DNA from: an uncultured Zetaproteobacteria bacterium
Lineage (GTDB): Bacteria > Pseudomonadota > Zetaproteobacteria > Mariprofundales > Mariprofundaceae
Length of the DNA stretch: 64,000 nt
Direction of reading: 5' to 3'
Assembly (NCBI GenBank): GCA_964628185.1
Contig: CAZVLQ010000003.1
Coordinates: 299 to 64,298, forward strand
Positions 44,426 to 54,702 of this stretch are shown piece after piece (position 1 is the stretch's first letter; each line of letters begins with the position of its first letter). Position numbers and translations under genes: made by a program. The notes beneath the pieces are model-generated. The model made no database searches, was not told the DNA's origin, and saw only the letters and a list, made by a program, of their open reading frames with translations.

Positions 44426-44691
44426 CAATGATCCGCAAGGATTTCCTGCATCAGTTCCCTGGCCGTTCCGCATTTGACACGCCCCGCTTTCACATCTTCA
44501 AGCGATGCCCGGATGCGCAGCTCCCAGGCTGCATCCAGATCCTGCATCAGTTCGCTGTAATAATCTTCGGACATCACCACATATTGCGGGCGATTGCTCT
44601 TGATCACATGGACCAGGGGCTCCTCCGCCAGGTATTCATCCACGGCGGAAATACCTTTTCGCTTGATTTCCTGGGCGGGAACTGTATTCAT
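44425..44691 (-). CDS. Phd/YefM-family antitoxin
   Basis: 88 aa. N-terminal ...VHVIKSNRPQYVVMSEDYYSELM... is typical of Phd/YefM. Immediately upstream of the toxin. Confidence 0.8.
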   Translation of the reverse strand: MNTVPAQEIKRKGISAVDEYLAEEPLVHVIKSNRPQYVVMSEDYYSELMQDLDAAWELRIRASLEDVKAGRVKCGTARELMQEILADH

Positions 44692-44746
44692 TGCACCACC
44701 TCCAGTGCCTGTTTCTAACTTAGAATAGTACTATAATGAGTACATG

Positions 44747-46819
44747 TCAAAGACACGAGACATCCGCCAGCCGGAGAAACAAAGCCCGCAGGCGTGAAAG
44801 CAGTGCCAGCCGATTGGTGCGCACGGCCCCGTCCTCAGCCATGACAAGAACCTCGTCGAAGAAGACATCCACCGGCTCACGCAGGGCGGCAAGCACCGCC
44901 AGCATGCCGGCGGGATCTTCCGGCAGGCCGGATTCCGCCTTTTGCAGGGCCGAAAACAACCTCTCTTCAGCGGCCTCCGTGAACAGATTCACATCAACAC
45001 CGACATCAACTTTTTCGGCCTTTTTCAGAATATTTGCAATTCGTTTATTGGCCGTCGCCACGGCCCGGCCCGCTTCCGAACCCGCGAAGGAGGCAAGCAG
45101 TTCAGTCACGGCGGCCACCTGCACCATGGGTCGCTCAACACTTGCATGCAGTGCGGCCGCCAGCGCCTTGCGGGTGTCACTGGCCGGCGACATACCCAGC
45201 CAGCGTTCGAGAATGAAATCACGAACCCTGCTCCGGGCGCCGGCCGGAATTGCAATGGTTACGCGCTGCTGATTCCACTGTTTGGCCGATTCATCCAGCA
45301 CCTCCGACAGTGTCATCGTAACCGGCATATCCGGGGCAGCCAGCAATCGTATCAGACCGATTGCAGCCCGCCTGAGGCCGAATGGGTCGGCACTGGCGCT
45401 CGGTGCACGGCCGATATGGAAATAGCCGAGCAGCTTGTCGGCGCGTTCGGCGATGCCGATGGCGCGGGCGATACGGCTGGACGGCAGGGTGTCATCGGCC
45501 CCGGCCGGGGCGTAATGGCCGGTGATTCCTGTCGCCACGGCCTCGCTTTCACCGTCCAGACGGGCATAAATACCGCCCATGTATCCCTGCAATTCCGGGA
45601 ATTCTCCCACCAGGCCGGTGGTCAGATCGGATTTGCACAAATAGGCGGCACGCTGTGCATCGTTGGCGTCCACACCCAGAGCCCGCGCATTATCCAGCAC
45701 GAAGGCACGCAGACGGCGCACCTGATCGCCGACCATGCCCAGACCCTCCTGCAAGACCACATCACTGAGGCGTTCAACACGCGCTTCAAGCGATTCCCTT
45801 GGATCCCGATCAAAATAGAAAGCCGCATCCGCGAGTCTGGCATTGACCACCCGCTCGTTTCCGTGCACAACCACCGCCGGCTTTTTCGATGTAACATTGG
45901 CTACGGCAAAGAACACATGGCTGGCTCCACCATCCCTGTTCCGGGCCGCGAAACAGCGCTGATGATGCTTCAACTCGATCCTGCTCACCTCCTCCGGCAG
46001 GCGAAGAAACGCCACATCATAGCGCCCGGTGACGACCTGCGGCCATTCCGTCAGATCGGTCACCTCTTCCAGCAGTTCGTTATCCTCGATCAGTTCAACA
46101 CCGGCTTTGGCCGCGGCGGTGGCAAGCTGCCCGGCAATGTCCTGCCTGCGTCGTCCGCGCTCGGCCAGCACATATTGCTTTTCAAGCCAGGCGAAAGGAT
46201 TGTGAATGTCCATCTCGCCGCTCGAGCCATGCACGCGATGCCCCTGTGAAACCGGGCCGGCCCGGACGCCGGCGAACGAGAATGGAATGATATCGTCGCC
46301 CAGCCGTGCCACAATCCAGCGCACAGGCCGGATAAAGGCATCATCGCGATATTCCCCGTCTTGCCAGCGCATCTGCCTGGGGCTTGGCAGTTTGCGTAGA
46401 ATATCCGGCATGGCCGCGGCAATGATTTCACGCACTGGGCAGCCCGTCACCCGGCGCACGGCCCGCATGTAGCGGCCCTTTCCGTCACCCTTGTCCACCA
46501 GCGCAAACGCCGCCAGCGGCAGACCGGCTTTTCTGGCAAAACCCTCGGCCGCCTTTGTCGGCTCATCCCCGGCAAAGGCGACGCGCTCGGGCGGACCCCA
46601 GATAATCTCTTCGCGGTCCGGCTGCATCAGCGGACATGCTCCGGCATGCAGCAGCAGCCGTCGCGGCGTCACGCCAGGCTGAATCCGGCCCGCATCCACG
46701 CCCGCACTATTCAGCAGCCCCGCAAGCGCCGCCTGCAATGCCCGGCCGAGCTCCGGGGCGACACCGGCCGGTATTTCCTCGCAGCCGATTTCAATCAACA
46801 GGGGAGCGGTGCCGCTCAT
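44747..46819 (-). CDS. glyS: Glycine--tRNA ligase beta subunit
   Basis: 690 aa. N-terminal [13 protein letters not shown]. Overlaps the glyQ stop by 4 nt. Confidence 0.95.
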   Translation of the reverse strand: MSGTAPLLIEIGCEEIPAGVAPELGRALQAALAGLLNSAGVDAGRIQPGVTPRRLLLHAGACPLMQPDREEIIWGPPERVAFAGDEPTKAAEGFARKAGLPLAAFALVDKGDGKGRYMRAVRRVTGCPVREIIAAAMPDILRKLPSPRQMRWQDGEYRDDAFIRPVRWIVARLGDDIIPFSFAGVRAGPVSQGHRVHGSSGEMDIHNPFAWLEKQYVLAERGRRRQDIAGQLATAAAKAGVELIEDNELLEEVTDLTEWPQVVTGRYDVAFLRLPEEVSRIELKHHQRCFAARNRDGGASHVFFAVANVTSKKPAVVVHGNERVVNARLADAAFYFDRDPRESLEARVERLSDVVLQEGLGMVGDQVRRLRAFVLDNARALGVDANDAQRAAYLCKSDLTTGLVGEFPELQGYMGGIYARLDGESEAVATGITGHYAPAGADDTLPSSRIARAIGIAERADKLLGYFHIGRAPSASADPFGLRRAAIGLIRLLAAPDMPVTMTLSEVLDESAKQWNQQRVTIAIPAGARSRVRDFILERWLGMSPASDTRKALAAALHASVERPMVQVAAVTELLASFAGSEAGRAVATANKRIANILKKAEKVDVGVDVNLFTEAAEERLFSALQKAESGLPEDPAGMLAVLAALREPVDVFFDEVLVMAEDGAVRTNRLALLSRLRALFLRLADVSCL

Positions 46820-47715
46820 GCGTCAACCCCGGCGAAGGCATGCGCGACGGCGCGTGCCAGCCCGCGCACACGCCCGATAAAGCGCTGGCGTTCACCCACC
46901 GAAATCGCTCCACGCGCATCAAGCAGGTTGAATGCATGCGAGGCCTTCATGACTTCCTCATAGGCCGGAAGCGTCAGCTTTGCTTCCGTCAGCCGCTTGC
47001 ACTCGGATTCGGCGCGGTCAAACTGCGCATGCAGCCAGCCGGTATCGGCGGTATCGAAATTGTAGGCCGAAAATTCCACCTCATTACGGTGAAACACCTC
47101 GCCGTACGTGACCTTTTTCCCACCCGGGGTTTCCACCCAAATCAGGTCAAACACGTTTTCCACACCCTGTAAATACATCGCCAGCCGTTCCAGACCATAG
47201 GTAATCTCACCGGGCGTGCGCGAAAGTTCCACGCCCCCGATCTGCTGAAAATAGGTGAACTGGGTAATTTCCATGCCGTTGAGCCAGACCTCCCAGCCCA
47301 GCCCCCAGGCGCCAAGCGTCGGGCTCTCCCAGTCATCCTCGACAAAACGGATATCATGCACCTGTGGATCAATGCCGATTTCATGCAGGGAATCCAGATA
47401 CAGGGCGAGGATATCTTCCGGCGCCGGTTTCAGGACTACCTGAAACTGGTAGTAGTGCTGCAGGCGGTTCGGATTTTCGCCGTAACGCCCGTCAGTGGGC
47501 CGGCGGCAGGGCTGCACGTATGCCGTATTCCATTGTTCATCATCCAGAACGCGCAGGAAGGTGGCCGGATGGAAGGTGCCCGCCCCCATCGGTGCGTCAT
47601 AAGGCTGCTGCACCACGCATCCTCGCGCGGCCCAGTATTGCTGTAATGTGAAAATTAAATCCTGAAAGGTCACGAAATTATCCCGTTTCTCCCTGATTCC
47701 GGCATGCGGTCGCAA
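46816..47715 (-). CDS. glyQ: Glycine--tRNA ligase alpha subunit
   Basis: [25 protein letters not shown]... and the rest are highly typical. The start is ambiguous (TTG 47715 or GTG 47673). The ORF-track extension to 47946 runs through a MITE and is not accepted. Confidence 0.9.
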   Translation of the reverse strand: MRPHAGIREKRDNFVTFQDLIFTLQQYWAARGCVVQQPYDAPMGAGTFHPATFLRVLDDEQWNTAYVQPCRRPTDGRYGENPNRLQHYYQFQVVLKPAPEDILALYLDSLHEIGIDPQVHDIRFVEDDWESPTLGAWGLGWEVWLNGMEITQFTYFQQIGGVELSRTPGEITYGLERLAMYLQGVENVFDLIWVETPGGKKVTYGEVFHRNEVEFSAYNFDTADTGWLHAQFDRAESECKRLTEAKLTLPAYEEVMKASHAFNLLDARGAISVGERQRFIGRVRGLARAVAHAFAGVDA

Positions 47716-47746
47716 GCCTACCTTCGCATCCGACTGCTTGCCAGCA

Positions 47747-47914
47747 CTGCCCTTTACACACAAATCACACTTCGGAATTCTTCCGGACGGGTCAGGCCAG
47801 GATGCAGTGCACAGGCAACGGTGATACCATCGGCAAGCGCCACAACGCAGGGTTGGGTCGTCTTGAAGGGTTCCCTGCGGGCGAGTCATTGAAGTGTGAT
47901 TTGTGTGTAAAGAG
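47747..47914. mobile_element. MITE-like repeat family C, short copy (~168 bp, opposite orientation)
   Basis: Termini CTGCCCTTTACACACAAATCACACTTC / GAAGTGTGATTTGTGTGTAAAGAG. The interior matches the right-hand interior of 43216..43491 (…GGAACCCTT…GCGCTTGCC.ATGG…CTGACCCGT…). Confidence 0.75.
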
Positions 47915-48033
47915 TGAAGCCGGCGTGCCTGATGCTTGCATTGCAACCATCGCTGACCTTATGCTTTCAGCTATCATCATGATCAGCACGCTCTTTTTCC
48001 GGGAAACTCGCAACTTGGACGGCGCGATGCGCC

Positions 48034-49383
48034 ATGGGGACGGATAGACTGGACACGCTTTTTATCAAAACCTACGGCTGCCAGATGAACGAGTATGATT
48101 CCTCGCGCATGGCCGACCTGATGCACAGGGCTTATGGCCTGCGCCTTGCGTCATGCCCGGAAGATGCCGATGTCATCCTGATGAATACCTGCTCGGTGCG
48201 TGAAAAGGCCGAGGAAAAGGTGTATTCCGAGCTTGGCCGTTACCGCCTGCTCAAGCGGGAGCGTCCCGATCTGATCATCGGTGTTGGCGGCTGCGTGGCC
48301 CAGCAGGAGGGCGAGCGCATCCAGCGGCGGGCGCCGTTCGTGGATATCGTGTTCGGCCCGCAGACCTATCACAGGCTGCCGGACATGGTGAAGCAGATTC
48401 GCCGAAAGCGGGTTAATCTCACCCGTATCGACATGCCGGAAATCGAGAAATTCGATCACCTTCCCAGAGCGGAGAAAACGGGGCATTCCGCCTTCGTGAC
48501 CATCATGGAAGGATGCGACAAGTTCTGTACATTCTGTGTCGTCCCTTATACGCGCGGCCCGGAAATCTCCCGGCCGGTTGCGGATATCCTGGATGAATGC
48601 AGGGGCCTGCTGGCACGGGGGGCGCTGGAAATCACGCTGCTGGGTCAGAACGTAAACGGCTATCTCGGCGCGGGGCCGGATAGCGCCGAATGGGATTTCA
48701 CCATGCTGCTGTATGCCGTGGCCGGACTCGACGGTCTGCAGCGGTTGCGCTTCACCACCAGCCACCCGATGGAAATGAATGACGCCCTGATCGGTGCTTT
48801 TGCGGAAATCCCCCAACTGATGCCCTATCTGCATCTGCCCGTGCAAAGCGGTTCCGACCGTATTCTCAAGGCCATGCACCGGGGGCATACAGGGCGCCGG
48901 TACCTGGACATTATCGAGCGCCTGCGCAAGGCAAGACCGGACATCGCCCTGTCATCCGACATCATCGTCGGTTTTCCACACGAAACCGAAACCGATTTCG
49001 AGGATACCCTCACCATGGTGCGTGAAGCCGGCTTTGATTCAGCTTTCTGTTTCAAATACTCGCCCCGGCCGGGCACGCCGGCGACCAAAGTGAAGGATGG
49101 CGTGCCGGAAGCCGTCAAGGATGAACGTCTGCAGCGCCTGCTTGGGCTTATGCGCCGGGTCGGCAGTCGCCGCTATCAGGCCAGGGTTGGCAGCGTCGTG
49201 AAGGTGCTCGTAGACGGAAAAAGCCGTAAGACCGGAGACATGCAGGGAAGAACGCCCGACTTCAAAATCGTCCATTTTCAGGGGCGTGAATGCCTGCGCG
49301 GCCATATTCTTCCGGTCAGGATCACCAGGGCCTGCGGCCAGTCCCTGCGTGGCGAACAGGTGCTCGGTGGAGCAGCCTTCTGA
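48034..49383 (+). CDS. miaB: tRNA-i6A37 methylthiotransferase MiaB
   Basis: 449 aa. Motifs FIKTYGCQMNEYDS and the radical-SAM motif GCDKFCTFCVVP, followed by a TRAM domain. Confidence 0.95.
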   Translation: MGTDRLDTLFIKTYGCQMNEYDSSRMADLMHRAYGLRLASCPEDADVILMNTCSVREKAEEKVYSELGRYRLLKRERPDLIIGVGGCVAQQEGERIQRRAPFVDIVFGPQTYHRLPDMVKQIRRKRVNLTRIDMPEIEKFDHLPRAEKTGHSAFVTIMEGCDKFCTFCVVPYTRGPEISRPVADILDECRGLLARGALEITLLGQNVNGYLGAGPDSAEWDFTMLLYAVAGLDGLQRLRFTTSHPMEMNDALIGAFAEIPQLMPYLHLPVQSGSDRILKAMHRGHTGRRYLDIIERLRKARPDIALSSDIIVGFPHETETDFEDTLTMVREAGFDSAFCFKYSPRPGTPATKVKDGVPEAVKDERLQRLLGLMRRVGSRRYQARVGSVVKVLVDGKSRKTGDMQGRTPDFKIVHFQGRECLRGHILPVRITRACGQSLRGEQVLGGAAF

Positions 49384-49403
49384 ACGCCTCCGGTTCATTT
49401 GAT

Positions 49404-50375
49404 GTGTCTCACGACAAACACAGCGTTTGCCTGAACATGCCCGCTGCCGGCCCGGATGTGCTGCGCAACCTGTGCGGCGCGGGCAACCGCATCATCCACC
49501 GCCTTGAGACGCAATTCGACGTACGCTTCATGGGACAGGCCGGAAACTGGAGTATTGAAGGGGTGAATGCCCGGGCAGCAGCCGATACGGTTAACGCCCT
49601 CATTCCCTGGGCTGAAAAGGGCGCAATCGAGGACGTGCAGCTGGAAGGCGTCCTGCGCAACCAGGCGGCGGTACAGAACGCGCCGGTGGGTGAGGAAAAG
49701 GTTGACATCGCCATGGTTATCGCCGGACGTCGCCGCATTCAGGGCAAAACTCCGAATCAGCGACATTATCTGGCCAGCATGCGCCGGCATGTACTGACCC
49801 TTGCCGTGGGACCGGCGGGTACCGGAAAAACCTATCTGGCCGTCGCCATGGCGGTCGAAGCGCTGCAATCCCACCATGTCGAACGTGTCATTTTGACGCG
49901 CCCGGCGGTTGAAGCGGGCGAACGCCTGGGTTTTCTGCCTGGCGACGTGCAGCAAAAGGTGGATCCTTATCTGCGCCCGCTCTTTGACGCCCTGGCTGAT
50001 ATGATCGGCCTGGAGAAAATGGGCGGCATGATGGAATCCGGGCGCATCGAGGTTGCGCCGCTCGCCTATATGCGCGGCCGCACGCTTAATGACGCCTTCG
50101 TGATTCTGGATGAAGCCCAGAATACGACGCGCGAACAGATGAAAATGTTTCTCACCCGGCTCGGTTTTTCCTCGAAAATGGTGGTTACCGGAGACACGAC
50201 GCAGGTGGACCTGCCGGTCAAGCACCACAGCGGTCTGCTGCATGCCCTTCAGGTCCTGGAAGGGGTGCGGGATATCGGCATCTGCCGATTAAGCGGCAGA
50301 GACGTGGTCAGACATCAACTGGTGGAACGCATTGTCGCTGCCTATGAACGCAGTGAGGCGGGCGAGCATGATTGA
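49404..50375 (+). CDS. ybeZ: PhoH-like ATPase YbeZ
   Basis: Walker A GPAGTGKTYLAV, with ...FVILDEAQN.... GTG at 49404 gives about 323 aa. The ORF opens at 49290, inside miaB. Confidence 0.9.
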   Translation: MSHDKHSVCLNMPAAGPDVLRNLCGAGNRIIHRLETQFDVRFMGQAGNWSIEGVNARAAADTVNALIPWAEKGAIEDVQLEGVLRNQAAVQNAPVGEEKVDIAMVIAGRRRIQGKTPNQRHYLASMRRHVLTLAVGPAGTGKTYLAVAMAVEALQSHHVERVILTRPAVEAGERLGFLPGDVQQKVDPYLRPLFDALADMIGLEKMGGMMESGRIEVAPLAYMRGRTLNDAFVILDEAQNTTREQMKMFLTRLGFSSKMVVTGDTTQVDLPVKHHSGLLHALQVLEGVRDIGICRLSGRDVVRHQLVERIVAAYERSEAGEHD

Positions 50376-50841
50376 TGTGCTGGTGGATGACGGCATAGAG
50401 CGCACGGGCTTGCCGGATGAAGCAAGGATACGCCAGGCCGTGGCGGCCGCCTGTGCACAGGCCGGGGTGAGCCGGAGGATTATATTGTGCCTGCGCCTGG
50501 CGGACAATGACGCGGTGCGTGAATTAAACCGTGCATGGCGCAAAATCGATGAGGTGACCGATGTACTGTCCTTTCCGATGCAGGAAGGACCGGATTTTCA
50601 CTTTGATGAACCGCTGGGGGATATCATTCTGGCCTGGCCCTTTGTGAAAACTGAAGCACGACGTCTTGGCCTGGGTGCGGGTGCGCATGCCCTGCACCTG
50701 GTAGTGCACGGGGTGCTGCATCTGTTCGGCCATGATCATTCGGATGAGATGCAGGCAAGGCGCATGCAGGCGATGGAAAGCCGTGCGATGAAAGCGCTGG
50801 GTCTCCATGATCCCTTCGGGAAATCGCAAACACATGCTTGA
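50368..50841 (+). CDS. ybeY: rRNA maturation endoribonuclease YbeY
   Basis: HGVLHLFGHDH zinc motif. ATGA overlap with the ybeZ stop. Confidence 0.93.
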   Translation: MIDVLVDDGIERTGLPDEARIRQAVAAACAQAGVSRRIILCLRLADNDAVRELNRAWRKIDEVTDVLSFPMQEGPDFHFDEPLGDIILAWPFVKTEARRLGLGAGAHALHLVVHGVLHLFGHDHSDEMQARRMQAMESRAMKALGLHDPFGKSQTHA

Positions 50842-51658
50842 GGACTGGAGAAAACAGTGGCGCGCACGGCTGCTGGCCCGGCTGCGACCGGGACGCGATG
50901 AGGCCGAATTGCTGGAAATGATCGGCCGGGCCGAGGCCATCCAGTCCGATGATCACCGCCGCATGCTTGAAAGCCTGGTGATGTTCCGCGATGTGCGCGT
51001 GCGCGAATTGATGGTGCCGCGCTCGGAAATCGTTGCGCTTGAAACCGGCATGACGCTTGCGCGGGCGGCAAAAGAGATCGCCGGGCACGCGTATTCAAAA
51101 TTGCCCGTATTTGCAGGCGACCTGGATCATATTGAAGGTATTATTCATGCCTGGGATGTGTTTTCCACACTGGTGAGGGATGAAAAAAAATCCCTTTCCG
51201 GACTGCTGCGCCCCTGCCTGAAAGTGCCCGAATCCCAGCTCGCCATGGGACTGCTGGGGCGCATGAAACAGCAGGGCATGCATATCGCAATCGTGGTGGA
51301 TGAATTCGGCGGTACGGGCGGACTGATCACGCTGTCCAACCTGCTGACCGAAATCGTGGGCTCCATGGACGAGGCGGGCGGAGGCGGGGAGGAAGAGGAA
51401 TGCATCCGCAAGGCTGATGGCAGTTTCATCGTGGCCGGACGCATGCATGTCGAGGACCTGGAAGATATTCTGGGGCAATCTCTGCCGCATGGTGATTACG
51501 ATACGGTTGGCGGCCTGATCAGCAACCAGTGCGGGCGTATCCCGGAACCCGGCGAACGACTGGAAGTGGCGGGCCTTGCCGTTCATGTCCTGGAGGCTGA
51601 ACCCAGACGCATACTCAAACTGCATATCACACCCCCCGTTGATGCACCCGCCGAATAA
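50807..51658 (+). CDS. corC: CBS-domain Mg/Co efflux-associated protein CorC (YbeX)
   Basis: A CBS pair followed by the CorC_HlyC C-terminal domain (...VDEFGGTGGLITL...). The start is 50807 or 50834. Confidence 0.9.
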   Translation: MIPSGNRKHMLEDWRKQWRARLLARLRPGRDEAELLEMIGRAEAIQSDDHRRMLESLVMFRDVRVRELMVPRSEIVALETGMTLARAAKEIAGHAYSKLPVFAGDLDHIEGIIHAWDVFSTLVRDEKKSLSGLLRPCLKVPESQLAMGLLGRMKQQGMHIAIVVDEFGGTGGLITLSNLLTEIVGSMDEAGGGGEEEECIRKADGSFIVAGRMHVEDLEDILGQSLPHGDYDTVGGLISNQCGRIPEPGERLEVAGLAVHVLEAEPRRILKLHITPPVDAPAE

Positions 51659-51687
51659 ACCTTTGGCCCCGGCTGCATTCTTGAATC

Positions 51688-53190
51688 ATGCAGGCTGATG
51701 CACTGGAAATAATGACTTACTCATTTCCAGTGCCCAAGTACAGATCGTGGATACAGCTGGCGACAGCTTGCCTGCTCGGGGCGGCCATGCCCTATGCCTT
51801 CTCTCCCTATGACCATAAATGGCTGGCCGTGCCGGTCCTTGCCGCCTGGCTGCTGTTGTTCACGCGCGGCCATGCATTTGCAACAGGCTGGGTCTTTGGT
51901 CTTGGCTGGTTCGGTCTCGGCGCATGGTGGCTGGCGCCAACCTTCCACACCTTTGGCCCGCTGGCCTGGCCGTGGGCGGTGCTGGCCGTTGCGTGTATCG
52001 GTGCGGCGCTTGGCCTGTATCCGGCCCTGCTGGCCTGGAGCAGCCACAGGCTGGCGGGCGGCAGCCCGCTCATCGTCCTGATCTTTCCGATCCTGCTGGT
52101 CGGCGAGGAATGGCTCCGGGGACACCTGTTCACGGGGCTGCCATGGACGCCGCTCGGCAGCTTGCTGCTGGATACGCGCGCAATTGGCTGGGCCGCGCTG
52201 GGCGGTGTTTATGGCGCGGCGTTGTTGCCCGCCGTCGCCGCGGTCGCACTGGCATGCCTGCTTAGGCCGGGGAAACGCCACTGGGGGCTTGCAGCCGCTG
52301 CTGTTGCCGGTCTGTGCTGGCTGGCCGCACCGGCGCCGTACGCCGCCAACGGCGCCACCCATCGCGTGGCCCTGGTGCAGGCTGATATCCCGCAAAGGCT
52401 GAAATGGGATAGGCGTTTCCTGAATGAAACGATGTTCCGCTATGTACGCCTGACGGCGCAGGCCGCCAGCCGCAGTGATCTGATCATCTGGCCGGAAGCA
52501 GCCATTCCCATGTTCCTGGAACGCGCACCGGAATGGCGGCAATGGCTGTTTGCTCATATGCGACAATGGCATACGGCCGTGTTGTTCGGCGGGCTGAAGC
52601 TTGATGATCATGATGGGCGAGGCGCCTACAATGGGCTTTACCTGTTTGAGGCGAGTGCTCCTGGGCTGCAATTCGCCGGCAAGCGGCATCTGGTTCCCTT
52701 TGGTGAATATGTGCCGGCCTGGATTCCCTGGGTCCATAGTCTGGTACCCAATATCGCGAATTTCCGTCCGGCCACCGACAGCGGCGTTTTGCGCGGGGTG
52801 AACGGACGCTATGGTTCACTGGTGTGCTACGAGGCTATTTTCCCCGAAGAAGGACGCCACCGGGCCCGGCGGGCGACCGTGCTGGTCAATGTAACCAATG
52901 ACGCCTGGTACGGTCACACGCCGGCCACATGGCAACATCTCCAGGCCGCCCGCATGCGCGCGGTGGAAACCGCCCGTTATCTGCTGCGTGCCGCCAACAC
53001 GGGCGTATCGGCCATTATCGGACCGGATGGCGGCATCCGGCGGACTATTCCCTGGTTCAGTCAGGGCGTGGTGCTGGGTACATACCGGGAATCAAGCGTG
53101 AAAACGCCTTATCTGCGCTGGGGCGATACGCCGCTGCTGCTGTTGCTGCCGGTTTTGCTGGCGTCGGTATGGGCCTGTCGAAAGGCATGA
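51688..53190 (+). CDS. lnt: Apolipoprotein N-acyltransferase
   Basis: 500 aa. Multi-TM N-terminus followed by a nitrilase-like domain (IIWPEAA, SLVCYEAIFPE, NDAWYG). Confidence 0.93.
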   Translation: MQADALEIMTYSFPVPKYRSWIQLATACLLGAAMPYAFSPYDHKWLAVPVLAAWLLLFTRGHAFATGWVFGLGWFGLGAWWLAPTFHTFGPLAWPWAVLAVACIGAALGLYPALLAWSSHRLAGGSPLIVLIFPILLVGEEWLRGHLFTGLPWTPLGSLLLDTRAIGWAALGGVYGAALLPAVAAVALACLLRPGKRHWGLAAAAVAGLCWLAAPAPYAANGATHRVALVQADIPQRLKWDRRFLNETMFRYVRLTAQAASRSDLIIWPEAAIPMFLERAPEWRQWLFAHMRQWHTAVLFGGLKLDDHDGRGAYNGLYLFEASAPGLQFAGKRHLVPFGEYVPAWIPWVHSLVPNIANFRPATDSGVLRGVNGRYGSLVCYEAIFPEEGRHRARRATVLVNVTNDAWYGHTPATWQHLQAARMRAVETARYLLRAANTGVSAIIGPDGGIRRTIPWFSQGVVLGTYRESSVKTPYLRWGDTPLLLLLPVLLASVWACRKA

Positions 53191-54176
53191 ATGCGCCTGT
53201 TTGCGTCATTGGCGCCGGTTCGTGGGGTACGGCGCTGGGCATGGTGCTGGCCCGCCACGGCAGGGCTGTCCGGTTGCTGGACCACAATCCTGACCGGGCA
53301 AGACGGATGCAGGCGCAGCGGGAAAACGAGGCCTATCTTCCGGGCATTGCCTTTCCCGCCAGCCTTGAAATTACGGCAGATATGGAGGCTGCACTTCGGG
53401 ATGTTCAAGCGTGTGTCATCGCCACGCCCAGCCGGGCGGCTGAATCCGTTCTGTCCCGGCTGGAAACGTTGTTTCCCGGCCCTGTCATCGCCGCTTTCAA
53501 GGGCATTCATCCCGATACCCTCGAGCGTACCGATGAACTCCTTGCCCGGTATCTTGGCCGTGACCGCATTGCCGTGCTTTCCGGGCCGTCCTTTGCGCTT
53601 GAGGTGGCAAAGGGTCTGCCCACGGCCCTGACCATGGCCGCACCCGGCGTCCGGCAGGCGGAAACGGCCGCGTCCTTTTTTGACGACACAAATTTCCGCA
53701 TCTATGCCAGCGATGATCTGGCCGCGGTATCCCTTGGCGGCGCGCTGAAAAACGTGGTGGCCATCGCCGCCGGCGCCGCGGAAGGACTTGAACTCGGCCA
53801 CAATTCCGTCGCCGCGGCCATTACCCGGGGCCTGGCTGAAATGGCAAGAATTTCTCTTGCCTGCGGTGGCTGTCAGGAAACCCTGATGGGTCTGTCCGGT
53901 CTGGGAGATCTGGTGCTGACCTGCACGGGAGACTTGTCCCGCAACCGCCGGCTGGGTATCGCGCTGGCAAAAGGCATGGATGTCGCGGCAGCCGAGGCGC
54001 AAATCGGCCAGGTTGTGGAAGGCGTGCGCACGGCCCGCGCCGTGCATGCGCTGACAGCCGGACTTGGTATCGAAGTGCCACTGATGGATGCCGTGTATCG
54101 GGTCCTGTGCGGAGAATTCGGTCTGATGGATGCCGTGGGCAAGTTGATGGCGCGGCCCGAGCGAACCGAGTTCTGA
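53187..54176 (+). CDS. gpsA: NAD(P)H-dependent glycerol-3-phosphate dehydrogenase
   Basis: VIGAGSWGTALGMVLA Rossmann motif, LSGPSFA and GALKNVVAIAAG. ATGA overlap with the lnt stop. Confidence 0.95.
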   Translation: MNAPVCVIGAGSWGTALGMVLARHGRAVRLLDHNPDRARRMQAQRENEAYLPGIAFPASLEITADMEAALRDVQACVIATPSRAAESVLSRLETLFPGPVIAAFKGIHPDTLERTDELLARYLGRDRIAVLSGPSFALEVAKGLPTALTMAAPGVRQAETAASFFDDTNFRIYASDDLAAVSLGGALKNVVAIAAGAAEGLELGHNSVAAAITRGLAEMARISLACGGCQETLMGLSGLGDLVLTCTGDLSRNRRLGIALAKGMDVAAAEAQIGQVVEGVRTARAVHALTAGLGIEVPLMDAVYRVLCGEFGLMDAVGKLMARPERTEF

Positions 54177-54186
54177 TCCGTATACC

Positions 54187-54702
54187 ATGCAGGACGAAAA
54201 AGACCTGTTCACGCACGCCATGACCGGTGTGCGCAGGGTGGAAGCGGAACCCCGCCACCCTGAAAAAAAGAAACGTTCAGCGCTACGCAGGGAATTGGCC
54301 GCGGGATACCATGCGGGCGTACCGCCAAAATCGTTTCCCGGCCCGGAAAAAGCACCGGAGCCCTGGGTACTGAAGGCGGATGGCATATCACAGGAACGAC
54401 TGCGGCTGCTGGCTGGCGGACGACCGTCCGTGGATATGGATATTGATCTGCATGGCATGACACGCGAGCAGGCCTTTGCCAAATTATCAGACTGCATACA
54501 GCAGGCTCTCCGGGAAAAGTACCGCGTTCTTTCCCTGGTCCACGGGCGCGGCTTGCATTCAAAAGACGGCCGACCGGTTCTGAAAGAGGCGGTCTACCAC
54601 TGGCTGGCCGAGGGCCCCTGTGCCGGACATGTGCTTGCCGTGATTCCCAGACCCGGAAGCGGCGGCGGCTCCTGCCTGGTGCTGTTACGCAGGCAGCGCT
54701 AG
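54187..54702 (+). CDS. Smr (MutS2 C-terminal-like) domain protein
   Basis: 171 aa. Smr core DLHGMTREQA...LVHGRGLHS. The TAG stop lies inside the CTAG terminus of the family-A MITE. Confidence 0.85.
   Translation: MQDEKDLFTHAMTGVRRVEAEPRHPEKKKRSALRRELAAGYHAGVPPKSFPGPEKAPEPWVLKADGISQERLRLLAGGRPSVDMDIDLHGMTREQAFAKLSDCIQQALREKYRVLSLVHGRGLHSKDGRPVLKEAVYHWLAEGPCAGHVLAVIPRPGSGGGSCLVLLRRQR

Noticed and set aside
44942-46249. 435-aa plus-strand ORF
   Set aside because: It is antisense to glyS and has no recognisable domain. The same reasoning applies to 51721..52737 (antisense to lnt), 60675..61727 (antisense to the SDR gene), 15794..16921 and 49395..50243.
47674-47946. N-terminal 80-90-aa extension of the glyQ ORF
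   Set aside because: The extension is encoded by the family-C MITE and flanking non-coding DNA. GlyQ homologues start a few residues before TFQ.
53109-54497. 462-aa minus-strand ORF
   Set aside because: It is antisense to gpsA and the Smr gene, both of which have clear motifs. It is a shadow ORF.
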